DNA of 46,187 nt, from contig CAZPFX010000005.1 of assembly GCA_964586055.1 (NCBI GenBank), positions 2,946-49,132 of the forward strand, written 5' to 3'. Origin of the DNA: an uncultured Pseudomonadales bacterium. GTDB lineage: Bacteria; Patescibacteriota; Microgenomatia; UBA1400; PJMF01. Of the stretch, positions 1-8,372 are shown in pieces (positions within the stretch are counted from its first letter, which is position 1; every line of letters starts with the position of its first letter). Made by a program: the position numbers and the translations under genes. The notes below the pieces were generated by a model. It was not told where the DNA came from. It ran no database searches and saw nothing but the letters and a program-made list of their open reading frames with translations.

Positions 1-1090
1 CTGAATACATCCCCATGGAGCAAGTGTAGATGAACTTGCCGGCTTTGTTCGGAGTAAATGTTAGTGTTTGCGAATCCGTAGCTTTGAGCGAGGCTCTGAC
101 TCCGAATTCTTTGAGAATAAAAGACAAAGCGCAGGAATAGACACCGTTGCTAGTCAGAGTTAACTCTACCGGAATACCTTTTTTTACTTTTACATAGTCG
201 GGGCTGTACCCCTGACTGAGGACCTCAATGTCAACGGTTTGGACGCCATTTGCTGTTGGTGTGGTGGCCACATTTGAAAACCTTTCATCGGAGAAAAAGT
301 AAGTGATGGGACTGACAAGTTTATTAAGTGTTAAAGGTGAGTTTGTCACCAGAAGCACACCATTAATACTAAAGATGGCCATACCAACTAAAGCGTAGGC
401 AGCGACTTTGGTGAATTTCTCATACCAGCCCTCGCTGAGCTTGGCTGTGGCGATGCCGATGAAAGCAAATAGTGGCATGGTGCCGAGGACAAAGAAGAAC
501 ATAGTCAGAGCACCTTGGATTGGATTGCCGGTGTTAATGGCTAGGACTTCCATGGCTTGAGTAACGCCGCAGGGAATAAAGATGGTCATGAGTCCTAAGA
601 GTACAGGAGCGAAAAGCGCGCGACTCTTGCTAGTATTTTTGATGTATCTTTGGAGAAATCGCGGTGGTTGAAAGGCAACGTATCGGAAGATGGGATGAAC
701 TCTGAGGAGATTCATGGCCGTGGCGAACATGAAAAGGGCCGTGAATGTTTGGAAGCCGAGCTTAACACCCAAGCTGAGGGTGATGGCAGAGCCCAAGATG
801 CCAAGAAGAAAGCCGAGGATGGTATGGGCGACAAGTTTGGCGACGAGAAACATCACAACTGGCATCCAGTCGAGATAGTCGAAAGACTTAAGGCTGAATT
901 TATTACCTTGAAGGTTTTTTAGATATTTTTGCTTTTTTTGTGCTTTCTTTATTTCTTTATCAGATAGAAGTTCGGAGTGTTCCTGGTCTTTTTGGTTAGC
1001 AATAACACTGGCGAGAAGTCCACCTTGAACAGCCAGACAAGCGAGTCCTCCAGTAGTTAAGCCAGTAAAAAAGATAATGAAAAAGTTCAT
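1..1090 (-). CDS. TauE/SafE-DsbD_2-like membrane protein with C-terminal cupredoxin domain (3' end runs off the window)
   Basis: Not in the ORF track; translated by hand from ATG 1090. It begins MNFFIIFFTGLTTGGLACLAVQGGLLAS, contains TIFIPCGVTQAME, and ends GYSPDYVKVKKGIPVELTL...GVYSCA...FTPNKAGKFIYTCSMGMYS. Lies 12 bp downstream of copA. Confidence 0.85.
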   Translation of the reverse strand, partial: MNFFIIFFTGLTTGGLACLAVQGGLLASVIANQKDQEHSELLSDKEIKKAQKKQKYLKNLQGNKFSLKSFDYLDWMPVVMFLVAKLVAHTILGFLLGILGSAITLSLGVKLGFQTFTALFMFATAMNLLRVHPIFRYVAFQPPRFLQRYIKNTSKSRALFAPVLLGLMTIFIPCGVTQAMEVLAINTGNPIQGALTMFFFVLGTMPLFAFIGIATAKLSEGWYEKFTKVAAYALVGMAIFSINGVLLVTNSPLTLNKLVSPITYFFSDERFSNVATTPTANGVQTVDIEVLSQGYSPDYVKVKKGIPVELTLTSNGVYSCALSFILKEFGVRASLKATDSQTLTFTPNKAGKFIYTCSMGMYS

Positions 1091-1102
1091 ATATTGAGTT
1101 TC

Positions 1103-3340
1103 CTATTGTAGCTTAGTGTTCCTGAGTCGAAGTGCATTAAATACGACACTGACACTTGAGAAAGCCATAGCTCCACCGGCCAACATCGGGTTTAATAATA
1201 CACCCAAAAATGGATAAAGTGCGCCCATGGCGACAGGGATAAGCATGATGTTGTAGGCGAAGGCCCAGAAAAGATTTTGCCTGATATTGGTCATGGTGGC
1301 TTTGGAAAGTTTTAGGGCGACTGGAACAAGGCTAATATCACTTCTCAGAAGGGTAATGCCAGCAGATTCGATGGCGACGTCAGTCCCTCCGCTCATGGCG
1401 ATGCCGACATCAGCTGTGGCCAGAGCTGGGGCGTCATTAATACCATCGCCAACCATGGCAAGGATTGGGAAGCGTTTTCTTAATTCTCTAATGGTTGCTT
1501 CTTTTTGGTCTGGAAGCACGCCCGCTACGAATTCTTCTATGCCAGCCTCCTTAGCAATAACTGCGGCAGTCTCTTTATTATCTCCAGTGAGCATAATGCT
1601 CTCGATGCCCATTTTTTTCAAAGTTGCCACGGTTTCAGCTGAGTTTGATTTCAGCGCATCAGCGATGCTGAGAATGACTGCTAGTTTCCCACCAATCATC
1701 ATCGAGACAACCGTGTGGCCTTTGGCTGCCAGATTTGAGATCATTTCTTTTTGTTTTTTACTCAAAGAAAGATTTTTCTTATTTATAAGAGACTCATTGC
1801 CAACCAGAATTGACTTACCATTTACTGTTGCTTCCACGCCCCTACCCGGAACGTCGGTGAAGGATTTGACGACATATTTATTGAGAGTTTCGCCCTTAAG
1901 CTGACCATCAACATAGCTGACGATGGCTTGGGCCAGAGGGTGGTGAGAAAGTTCTTCTATGTCTTTAATAATTGAAAGAGCCTCGACTTTGTCTTTGTGG
2001 AAAATTTCTACATGCTGAACGGCTGGTTTGCCCTCAGTGAGAGTTCCAGTTTTGTCAAAAACAACAGCTTTGATTTTATTAGCAACTTCCAGAGCGCGAG
2101 CATCTTTGATAAGAATGCCGTTTTTAGCACCGACTCCCATACCAACCATGAGAGAGGTAGGTGTGGCCAGGCCAAGGGCGCAAGGACAGGCGATGATGAG
2201 AACATTAATCATGCTAACCAGGGCGAGCGGAAATGCTGGTTCTGGACCAAAAATCATCCAGACAGCGAAGGTCACAAGAGCTGTGACGATAACGATAGGT
2301 ACGAAGTATGAGGCGATGGTATCGACTAGGGCTTGGATTGGAGGCTTGGATCCTTGGGCGGCCTTCACAAGTCTAATGATGCTGGCGAGCATTGTTTCAG
2401 AGCCAACCTTTTCTGCCTTGATCTGAATACTTCCCGACTGATTCATGGTGGCGCCAACAACTTTATCGCCCTTCTCTTTTGAGATTGGCATGCTTTCGCC
2501 GGTGACCATGCTTTCATCTACCGCTGACATGCCATCTATAACTATGCCATCGACGGGAATTTTTTGGCCGGGTTTGACTAAAACTATATCGCCAACTACG
2601 ACTTGCTCGATCGGGACTTCGACCCAATTGCCATCTTTCTTGATCATGGCTGTTTTGGCTTGCAAATTCAGCAGTTCTTTAATCGCCGATGAGGTTCGCG
2701 CTTTAGCTCTGATTTCGAGATATTTTCCGAGCAAAATAAAAGTAATGATGGCGGCTGAAGCCTCAAAGTAGACATGTTGATCAATACCGTATTGGCTGAA
2801 CCAAGAAGAGAAAGCCGTGACAGCAGCCGAGTAAAAATAAGCCACCGAGGTGCCCAAGGCAACCAGGGAGTCCATATTAGAGGAGCCATTTTTTAATCCT
2901 GACCAGGCGCCTTGATAAAAACGTTTACCCGCGATGAACTGAACTGGGGTGGCCAGAAGCCAGAGTAGCCATGGATTGCTTAAAAACATTGGCATGCCGG
3001 GAAGCATGCTTGAGATGAGAATTAGAGTAAGAACTCCGCTTAGATATAAAGTTTTTTTGAGTTTCTTGAGTTCGTTGTTTCGCTCTTTTTCAGCTAGATC
3101 AGCATTTTCGTTGCTTTCAAAATGGGCGGTATAACCGATAGATTTTACAGCTCTTTCGAGGTCTTTTTCACTTGCTTTTTTTGTGTCAAAAGCGACGGTC
3201 GCCTGCTCGTTGGCATAATTTACTGATGCCTCCTCTACCCCAGGAGTTTTCTTTAGCTTTCTCTGAATATTGCTGGCGCAGCTTGCACAATGCATGCCGG
3301 AGACGTGGAAGGAGATGGTGTTATTTTTGGGAGTAGGCAT
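1103..3340 (-). CDS. copA: Cu(I)-translocating P1B-type ATPase
   Basis: N-terminal [41 protein letters not shown] and MAFSS transmembrane Cu(I) ligands. Confidence 0.95.
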   Translation of the reverse strand: MPTPKNNTISFHVSGMHCASCASNIQRKLKKTPGVEEASVNYANEQATVAFDTKKASEKDLERAVKSIGYTAHFESNENADLAEKERNNELKKLKKTLYLSGVLTLILISSMLPGMPMFLSNPWLLWLLATPVQFIAGKRFYQGAWSGLKNGSSNMDSLVALGTSVAYFYSAAVTAFSSWFSQYGIDQHVYFEASAAIITFILLGKYLEIRAKARTSSAIKELLNLQAKTAMIKKDGNWVEVPIEQVVVGDIVLVKPGQKIPVDGIVIDGMSAVDESMVTGESMPISKEKGDKVVGATMNQSGSIQIKAEKVGSETMLASIIRLVKAAQGSKPPIQALVDTIASYFVPIVIVTALVTFAVWMIFGPEPAFPLALVSMINVLIIACPCALGLATPTSLMVGMGVGAKNGILIKDARALEVANKIKAVVFDKTGTLTEGKPAVQHVEIFHKDKVEALSIIKDIEELSHHPLAQAIVSYVDGQLKGETLNKYVVKSFTDVPGRGVEATVNGKSILVGNESLINKKNLSLSKKQKEMISNLAAKGHTVVSMMIGGKLAVILSIADALKSNSAETVATLKKMGIESIMLTGDNKETAAVIAKEAGIEEFVAGVLPDQKEATIRELRKRFPILAMVGDGINDAPALATADVGIAMSGGTDVAIESAGITLLRSDISLVPVALKLSKATMTNIRQNLFWAFAYNIMLIPVAMGALYPFLGVLLNPMLAGGAMAFSSVSVVFNALRLRNTKLQ

Positions 3341-3806
3341 CGGGATCTTTCTGAAAAGTTTTTAGACAACCGCTGGCACAAAAGTAATACTCCTGTCCAG
3401 AATGTTGCGTTTGAAAACCAGCGGTTTTTGGTGAAATTCTCATATGACAAACGGGATCCTGTGCCAATGGAAGAAGATCTTGCATCTTGAGAGTTAGCTC
3501 TCCTGCAATGTTGCTTCCCTTGTTTTGTTCTATTAGAACTGAACGGAACAAATCGCTAGCTTTAATGATGTCTGGATTACTGATTTTATAAAACATCTGC
3601 TTGCCATCACGGCGACATGTGACAACATTCTCGTCTCTTAGAATCATCAGGTGTTGGCTAATGTTTGCCTGCGGTAGATCAAGCATAGTGTGAATATCAC
3701 CAACCGGAAGTTCTTGATCGCGGAGCAAATGAATGATTTCCAGGCGCCTTGGATGTGCAATTGCTTTGAGTAAATTTGCCTGGAGCTCGAATATTTCAGA
3801 ATACAT
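3321..3806 (-). CDS. ArsR/SmtB-family repressor fused to a C-terminal YHS/TRASH metal-binding domain
   Basis: ArsR HTH ([12 protein letters not shown]...[12 protein letters not shown]...RRDGKQMFY) followed by DPVCHM...YYFCASGC. Confidence 0.88.
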   Translation of the reverse strand: MYSEIFELQANLLKAIAHPRRLEIIHLLRDQELPVGDIHTMLDLPQANISQHLMILRDENVVTCRRDGKQMFYKISNPDIIKASDLFRSVLIEQNKGSNIAGELTLKMQDLLPLAQDPVCHMRISPKTAGFQTQHSGQEYYFCASGCLKTFQKDPDAYSQK

Positions 3807-3842
3807 ATTCGTATATTAGAATATGTTTAGGGCCATTGTCAA
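3803..3842 (-). promoter_or_regulatory. Promoter of the copper operon with overlapping inverted-repeat operator
   Basis: On the minus strand: TTGACA (3837-3842), 18 bp, TAATAT (3813-3818), 6 bp, ATG. The inverted repeat ACATATTC-N8-GAATATGT (3803-3826) covers the -10 box and start codon. Confidence 0.7.
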
Positions 3843-3855
3843 TGGGGTAGTTTAT

Positions 3856-4305
3856 CTACTCCATGCTAGGGAGAGCCTCGCAGACCACTCCATCATTGTC
3901 TCCATCGAGCCCATGGACATCGTCCTGAAGACCGCCACATTGTTCAAACATTGCCTGAGCATCTTCTTGGTACTCGAAATTGTTACAGTTGAGTTTATCT
4001 TTACTGCACTCCCCGCCTATATCCCAGTTGCCATCAACAGTCTTTTCAACTTTTGATTCACTAAAAGAGCCCGTCTCAATTAATTTTCCAAGGTCCCAGT
4101 CATTTCCGGACACCTCTAAGCCAAGAGCTACGAGCAAGGCGATGAATAAACCTGCTAAGACAATGCGAAATTTGCCCCAGAATATGTAGAGGGCAGCCAA
4201 GATTGCCAATAGAACGACAATCACAATGACGCGAGCGTTCTTACTGCGGCGCAACCTTCCCAATTTGGTCGACTTCACATAGCCCTCAGTTTTTTCTTTT
4301 GTCAT
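3856..4305 (-). CDS. Membrane protein with C-terminal excalibur calcium-binding domain
   Basis: Two hydrophobic helices, then [13 protein letters not shown]...[15 protein letters not shown] (DxDxDG-C motif). Confidence 0.8.
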   Translation of the reverse strand: MTKEKTEGYVKSTKLGRLRRSKNARVIVIVVLLAILAALYIFWGKFRIVLAGLFIALLVALGLEVSGNDWDLGKLIETGSFSESKVEKTVDGNWDIGGECSKDKLNCNNFEYQEDAQAMFEQCGGLQDDVHGLDGDNDGVVCEALPSME

Positions 4306-4402
4306 AGTTCCCTTCGAAAATTGATTGTGTTTAGTTTAGCACGAAATAAACTCTAGACCATGGCTTTTCTCAAGAAGTGCTGTACAATGGACTGCTTCGC
4401 CT

Positions 4403-6226
4403 ATGAAAGACATAACACAAGACAAATTAAGAAATGTCGCCATCATCGCTCACGTTGACCATGGGAAAACTACGCTCGTGGACTCGATGTTAAAGCAGAC
4501 GAGAACTTTCGCAGCTCACCAGCGTGAGAATCAGCAAACCACGATTATGGACTCTAACGACCTCGAGAGAGAGCGCGGAGTGACTATTCTTGCCAAGAAT
4601 ACTGCGGTTTTTTGGCATGAATACAAAATTAACATTCTGGATACTCCAGGTCACGCTGATTTCAGTGGTGAGGTAGAACGTGTTCTTAATATGGCTGATG
4701 GCTGTATTTTATTAGTCGATGCTGCAGAAGGTGTTCTATCACAGACTAGATTTGTATTGAGCCTTGCTTTGCAGCTCGGACTTATTCCCATTGTTATCAT
4801 TAACAAGGTTGACAGAAAAGACCAGCGCGTCCAGGCAGTTGCCGCGGAAATTGATGATCTTTTCTTAGAACTTGCCACCAATGAATCACAGCTTACCTTC
4901 CCTCTTCTCTACGCTCGTGGTTTTGAAGGCATTGCCGGTAAAGAAATTTCTGAGAATCCAGATCACTCACTAAGCATTCCTGATAGTACCGATCTTACGC
5001 CTGTTTTTGAGGCGATTGTGAAAACAGTCCCCCATCCTGTCGGAGATCCAACTGGTCCCTTCCAGATGCAGGTGACAACCCTTGATTACGACGAGTACCA
5101 GGGCAAGTATGCCATTGGTCGCATCGCACGCGGAACTGTGAAAAAGGGCCAAAACATTGCCATGCTTCGCAAAGATACCACGGTCAAATTTGCTAAAGTA
5201 AAAAGTCTCTTCGTTTACCTTGGTTTAGAGCATACAGAGGCAGAATCGGCTAGCGTTGGCGAAATTATTGCTATTTCTGGTCTCGATGATCCACATATCA
5301 GTGACACTTTGACAGACGCGGAGCACCAGGACGCCTTGCCGGATTTAGAGATTAGTGAACCAACAGTGAAGATTCAGCTTTCAGTCAACACTTCCCCATT
5401 CGCGGGGCGCGAGGGCGAGTTCTCTACTTCACGACAGCTCAGAGAGCGCTTAAAGAAAGAGCTAGAAACCAACGTCGGACTAAAAACTCTTCCAGGTGAT
5501 TCTGGAGATCGCGTGACTTTAATTGGTCGTGGTGAGCTGCATTTGTCAATTCTTGTTGAAACCATGCGACGCGAAGGTTACGAATTTTCACTTTCACGAC
5601 CTGAAGTGATGACTAAATCCATTGATGGCGTCCAGAGTGAGCCATGGGAATACGTCACTATTGATGCCCCGGAAAGTAGAACTGGTGTGATTACCAGCAG
5701 TTTGGCACAGCGCAGAGGTATTTTGATCGCTATGCAAAACACCCAGCAAGGAAATCGCTTTTCATATGAAATTTCTACGGCAAACTTAATTGGCCTTAGA
5801 AATGAATTGATGACTACAACTTCTGGAGAAGCAGTTCTTAACAGCTCTTTTCTTGAGTTCCGTCCGCTTTCTACTCGCGTTGAAAGTATCAGAGGTGGAG
5901 CTTTAATCGCTCACGAGACTGGCACGGCAACAGCCTACTCTCTTGAGAAGGCACAGGAGCGAGCCAATATGATAGTCGACCCCGGTGAAGAGATTTATGC
6001 GGGACAGGTGGCTGGAATTCATAAACGCGCTGAAGACATCGTTATGAACGTTACTAAAGGAAAAAAACTTACCAACATGCGCGCTGCAAGTGCTGACATG
6101 ATGGTAACGCTCGCACCTGCTTGGAAACCATCTCTTGAACAGTTCATGACTCTCATTGCTGAGGACGAAATGCTTGAGGTCACACCGTTGAATTTGCGAC
6201 TGCGTAAGAGGCAGTTGGCGAGATAG
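4403..6226 (+). CDS. typA: Translational GTPase TypA/BipA
   Basis: AHVDHGKTT, ERGVTILAKN, DTPGHADF, NKVD, GRGELHL, KKLTNMRA, EVTP..LRLRK; 607 aa. Confidence 0.97.
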   Translation: MKDITQDKLRNVAIIAHVDHGKTTLVDSMLKQTRTFAAHQRENQQTTIMDSNDLERERGVTILAKNTAVFWHEYKINILDTPGHADFSGEVERVLNMADGCILLVDAAEGVLSQTRFVLSLALQLGLIPIVIINKVDRKDQRVQAVAAEIDDLFLELATNESQLTFPLLYARGFEGIAGKEISENPDHSLSIPDSTDLTPVFEAIVKTVPHPVGDPTGPFQMQVTTLDYDEYQGKYAIGRIARGTVKKGQNIAMLRKDTTVKFAKVKSLFVYLGLEHTEAESASVGEIIAISGLDDPHISDTLTDAEHQDALPDLEISEPTVKIQLSVNTSPFAGREGEFSTSRQLRERLKKELETNVGLKTLPGDSGDRVTLIGRGELHLSILVETMRREGYEFSLSRPEVMTKSIDGVQSEPWEYVTIDAPESRTGVITSSLAQRRGILIAMQNTQQGNRFSYEISTANLIGLRNELMTTTSGEAVLNSSFLEFRPLSTRVESIRGGALIAHETGTATAYSLEKAQERANMIVDPGEEIYAGQVAGIHKRAEDIVMNVTKGKKLTNMRAASADMMVTLAPAWKPSLEQFMTLIAEDEMLEVTPLNLRLRKRQLAR

Positions 6227-6245
6227 GTTTTCCAATATTTTAGTT

Positions 6246-7043
6246 TTAGAATTCATGAAAATCGGCCACAGATTTTCCGCCGTCTACGACGATTGACTGT
6301 CCATTAATATATGAAGCCTTGTCGCTAACCAAGAATGAGACAACGTTGGCAATTTCATCTGTTTCACAAACTCGTTTCATTGGATATTGCTTGGCGACAC
6401 TTGCATACCATTTCTTGAGTTCATCGGCAGATCTGTTGTTTTCAGAGTTAGCAATTTTGACAAAGCCCGGAAGCACAGAGTTAATTCTAATTTTTGGTGC
6501 AAAGTCAGTTGCTAATGATCTTGTCAAAGCGTCGATAGCGCCCTTCGAGACTGAATAGACACTAAAGTTAGGTAGAGCAATAAAACTTTCAATAGAAGAA
6601 ATATTTACAATAGAGCCATTCCCCGATTTAATAATTTCTGGAATTGCATATTTTGACATGAGAAAGTAGCCATTTAGATTAACGTTCAATGTTTGTTGCC
6701 AGTCTTCTTCTGAGATTTCAGCAATATTTTTGGCCATTCCTGGACTGTAGAGGGCAACACAGTTGACCAAAGCGCTAACTCCGCCAAATTTATCGACTGC
6801 CGTAGCGACTATGCTTTTGACATCTTTGACAACGGTAACATCTTTTCTACAGAAAATTGCTTCTCCCCCATTTTCTCTTATGATCTCAGCTGTTCTTTCA
6901 CCCATTTCCCCAAGATCAACCACTACAACTTTATAGCCATCACGTGCTAATTGAATAGCGACGGAACCGCCAATAGATTTTCCGCCAGATTTGTAGCCCA
7001 TAGCACCACCGGTGACAATGGCAACTTTGTTATTTTTGTTCAT
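6246..7043 (-). CDS. SDR family NAD(P)-dependent oxidoreductase
   Basis: AIVTGG...IG Rossmann start, VNISS, catalytic YSVSK, IRINSVLPG, GQSIVVDGG. Confidence 0.9.
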   Translation of the reverse strand: MNKNNKVAIVTGGAMGYKSGGKSIGGSVAIQLARDGYKVVVVDLGEMGERTAEIIRENGGEAIFCRKDVTVVKDVKSIVATAVDKFGGVSALVNCVALYSPGMAKNIAEISEEDWQQTLNVNLNGYFLMSKYAIPEIIKSGNGSIVNISSIESFIALPNFSVYSVSKGAIDALTRSLATDFAPKIRINSVLPGFVKIANSENNRSADELKKWYASVAKQYPMKRVCETDEIANVVSFLVSDKASYINGQSIVVDGGKSVADFHEF

Positions 7044-7090
7044 ACAAGCATGGTATCAAAAGAATTTTTTTATTACCGAGGTAGATTTTT

Positions 7091-7708
7091 CTAGATACTC
7101 TCGATGGAGTATTTGTCATTTTCGACTAAAAGATATTGATCGTCGGTCAGTAACACAAGCTTGTTACCCATTTTGTAGGCATTTTTCATGAGTTTTGTAT
7201 ATCGTTCTTTAAAGTTGTTTCCGCCCCAATGAGGGAAAATAATTATATCTGTGAGACCAAGCGCATCATAACTGTGAAGACTTGGCGCCTTGGTCGCGTC
7301 GTCAATATCAGCGGCAAGCTCGATGCTTGGTCCAGCTACAATTGAGCCGGCGCTAGAACCACCATAGATGACTCCTCTCTTAACATATTTATCGATCATT
7401 TTTGAAAAACCACTCTTATTCATTTCTTGCAGTAGATAAAAAACATTGCCCCCAGAAACAAAAACAAAGTCAGTGTTGTCGAGCATCTTCCTTACTTCTC
7501 CTGGTGTTTTTCCCGTGAGAGTAAAGTCAGTGACTGGGAATCCTACATCTACCAGAGATTGCCTATCATCTTTAAGCCACTGGAGACTTCCCTCTTCTAC
7601 CTCAGCTGCAGTTGGGATAAAAGTCATTCTTAAGTCTTGAGTTTTTTTGGGTAAGTGCTGAACAAAATGTTTGGTTGTGAAATTGGAGCTTGAGGTGAGG
7701 ATGAGCAT
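7091..7708 (-). CDS. Peptidase E-like (S51, type 1 glutamine amidotransferase-like) protein
   Basis: FIPTAA, VSGGNVFYLL, nucleophile elbow GSSAGS, PH motif. Confidence 0.88.
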   Translation of the reverse strand: MLILTSSSNFTTKHFVQHLPKKTQDLRMTFIPTAAEVEEGSLQWLKDDRQSLVDVGFPVTDFTLTGKTPGEVRKMLDNTDFVFVSGGNVFYLLQEMNKSGFSKMIDKYVKRGVIYGGSSAGSIVAGPSIELAADIDDATKAPSLHSYDALGLTDIIIFPHWGGNNFKERYTKLMKNAYKMGNKLVLLTDDQYLLVENDKYSIESI

Positions 7709-7725
7709 AATATTGTTTTATTTTT

Positions 7726-8181
7726 TTATCTTAATTTCTCAACATCAATTAACACTTGCGCCGCATGTTCAGCAGGTTTGACTTTTTCATAGTGTTTGAC
7801 GATTTCTCCGGTGGGATTTACTAGAAATGACTCTCTTACAATGCCACTGAAGGTTTTGCCAAACATGATTTTTTGTCTCAACACCCCATAAAGTTTTGCC
7901 ACTGATTTATCCGTGTCCGAAAGAATAGGGAAAGGTAAATTGTGTTTTTCTGCGAATTTTTTATGACTCTCTGTAGAATCGGCAGAGATGCCGAAAACTA
8001 CAATTCCTTTTTCTTTGAGATCTCCCCAGCTATCGCGGAAAGTACAAGCTTCCTTGGTGCAACCAGGAGTGCTGTCTTTGGGATAGAAATAAACAAGCAC
8101 CCAAGAGCCAAGATATTTTTCTAGACAGTGTTCGGTATTATTTTGGTCATTCAGACAAAAGAGAGGGGCTTTTTTCATCAT
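7726..8181 (-). CDS. bcp: Peroxiredoxin Bcp/PrxQ
   Basis: YFYPKDSTPGCTKEAC motif, GISAD, RESFLV. Confidence 0.92.
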   Translation of the reverse strand: MMKKAPLFCLNDQNNTEHCLEKYLGSWVLVYFYPKDSTPGCTKEACTFRDSWGDLKEKGIVVFGISADSTESHKKFAEKHNLPFPILSDTDKSVAKLYGVLRQKIMFGKTFSGIVRESFLVNPTGEIVKHYEKVKPAEHAAQVLIDVEKLR

Positions 8182-8235
8182 TTTACTTTCAAGTACATAA
8201 ATACATGGCCTTCATACTTTTATTGTCGCGCTAAT

Positions 8236-8273
8236 CTTTCTTAAGAACTAAAAAATGTTAGTTCTTAAGAAAG
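8236..8273. repeat. Perfect 16-bp inverted repeat with 6-bp spacer (dif-like architecture)
   Basis: CTTTCTTAAGAACTAA-AAAATG-TTAGTTCTTAAGAAAG read directly; intergenic. Confidence 0.9.
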
Positions 8274-8372
8274 TGCGTTGATGTAGTCGCTCATCACGTG
8301 AGCATCGCTTTTTTTTGGTGTGCGGATGGAAACAGGACTTGTTATCTGTGAGGCTCAGTTGGTAAGTGTTTG

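Noticed and set aside
650-922. 90-aa plus-strand ORF
   Set aside because: Antisense to the recognisable TauE-cupredoxin gene at 1-1090.
1287-3490. Several plus-strand ORFs up to 205 aa
   Set aside because: Antisense shadows of copA and arsR with no protein-family features.
8236-8273. Reading the 16-bp palindrome as an intrinsic terminator
   Set aside because: AT-rich stem with no adjacent U-tract on either strand; better treated as a DNA site.
8351-8368. GGCTCAGTTGGTAAG resembling a tRNA D-arm
   Set aside because: No acceptor stem, anticodon arm or T-arm around it; probably chance.
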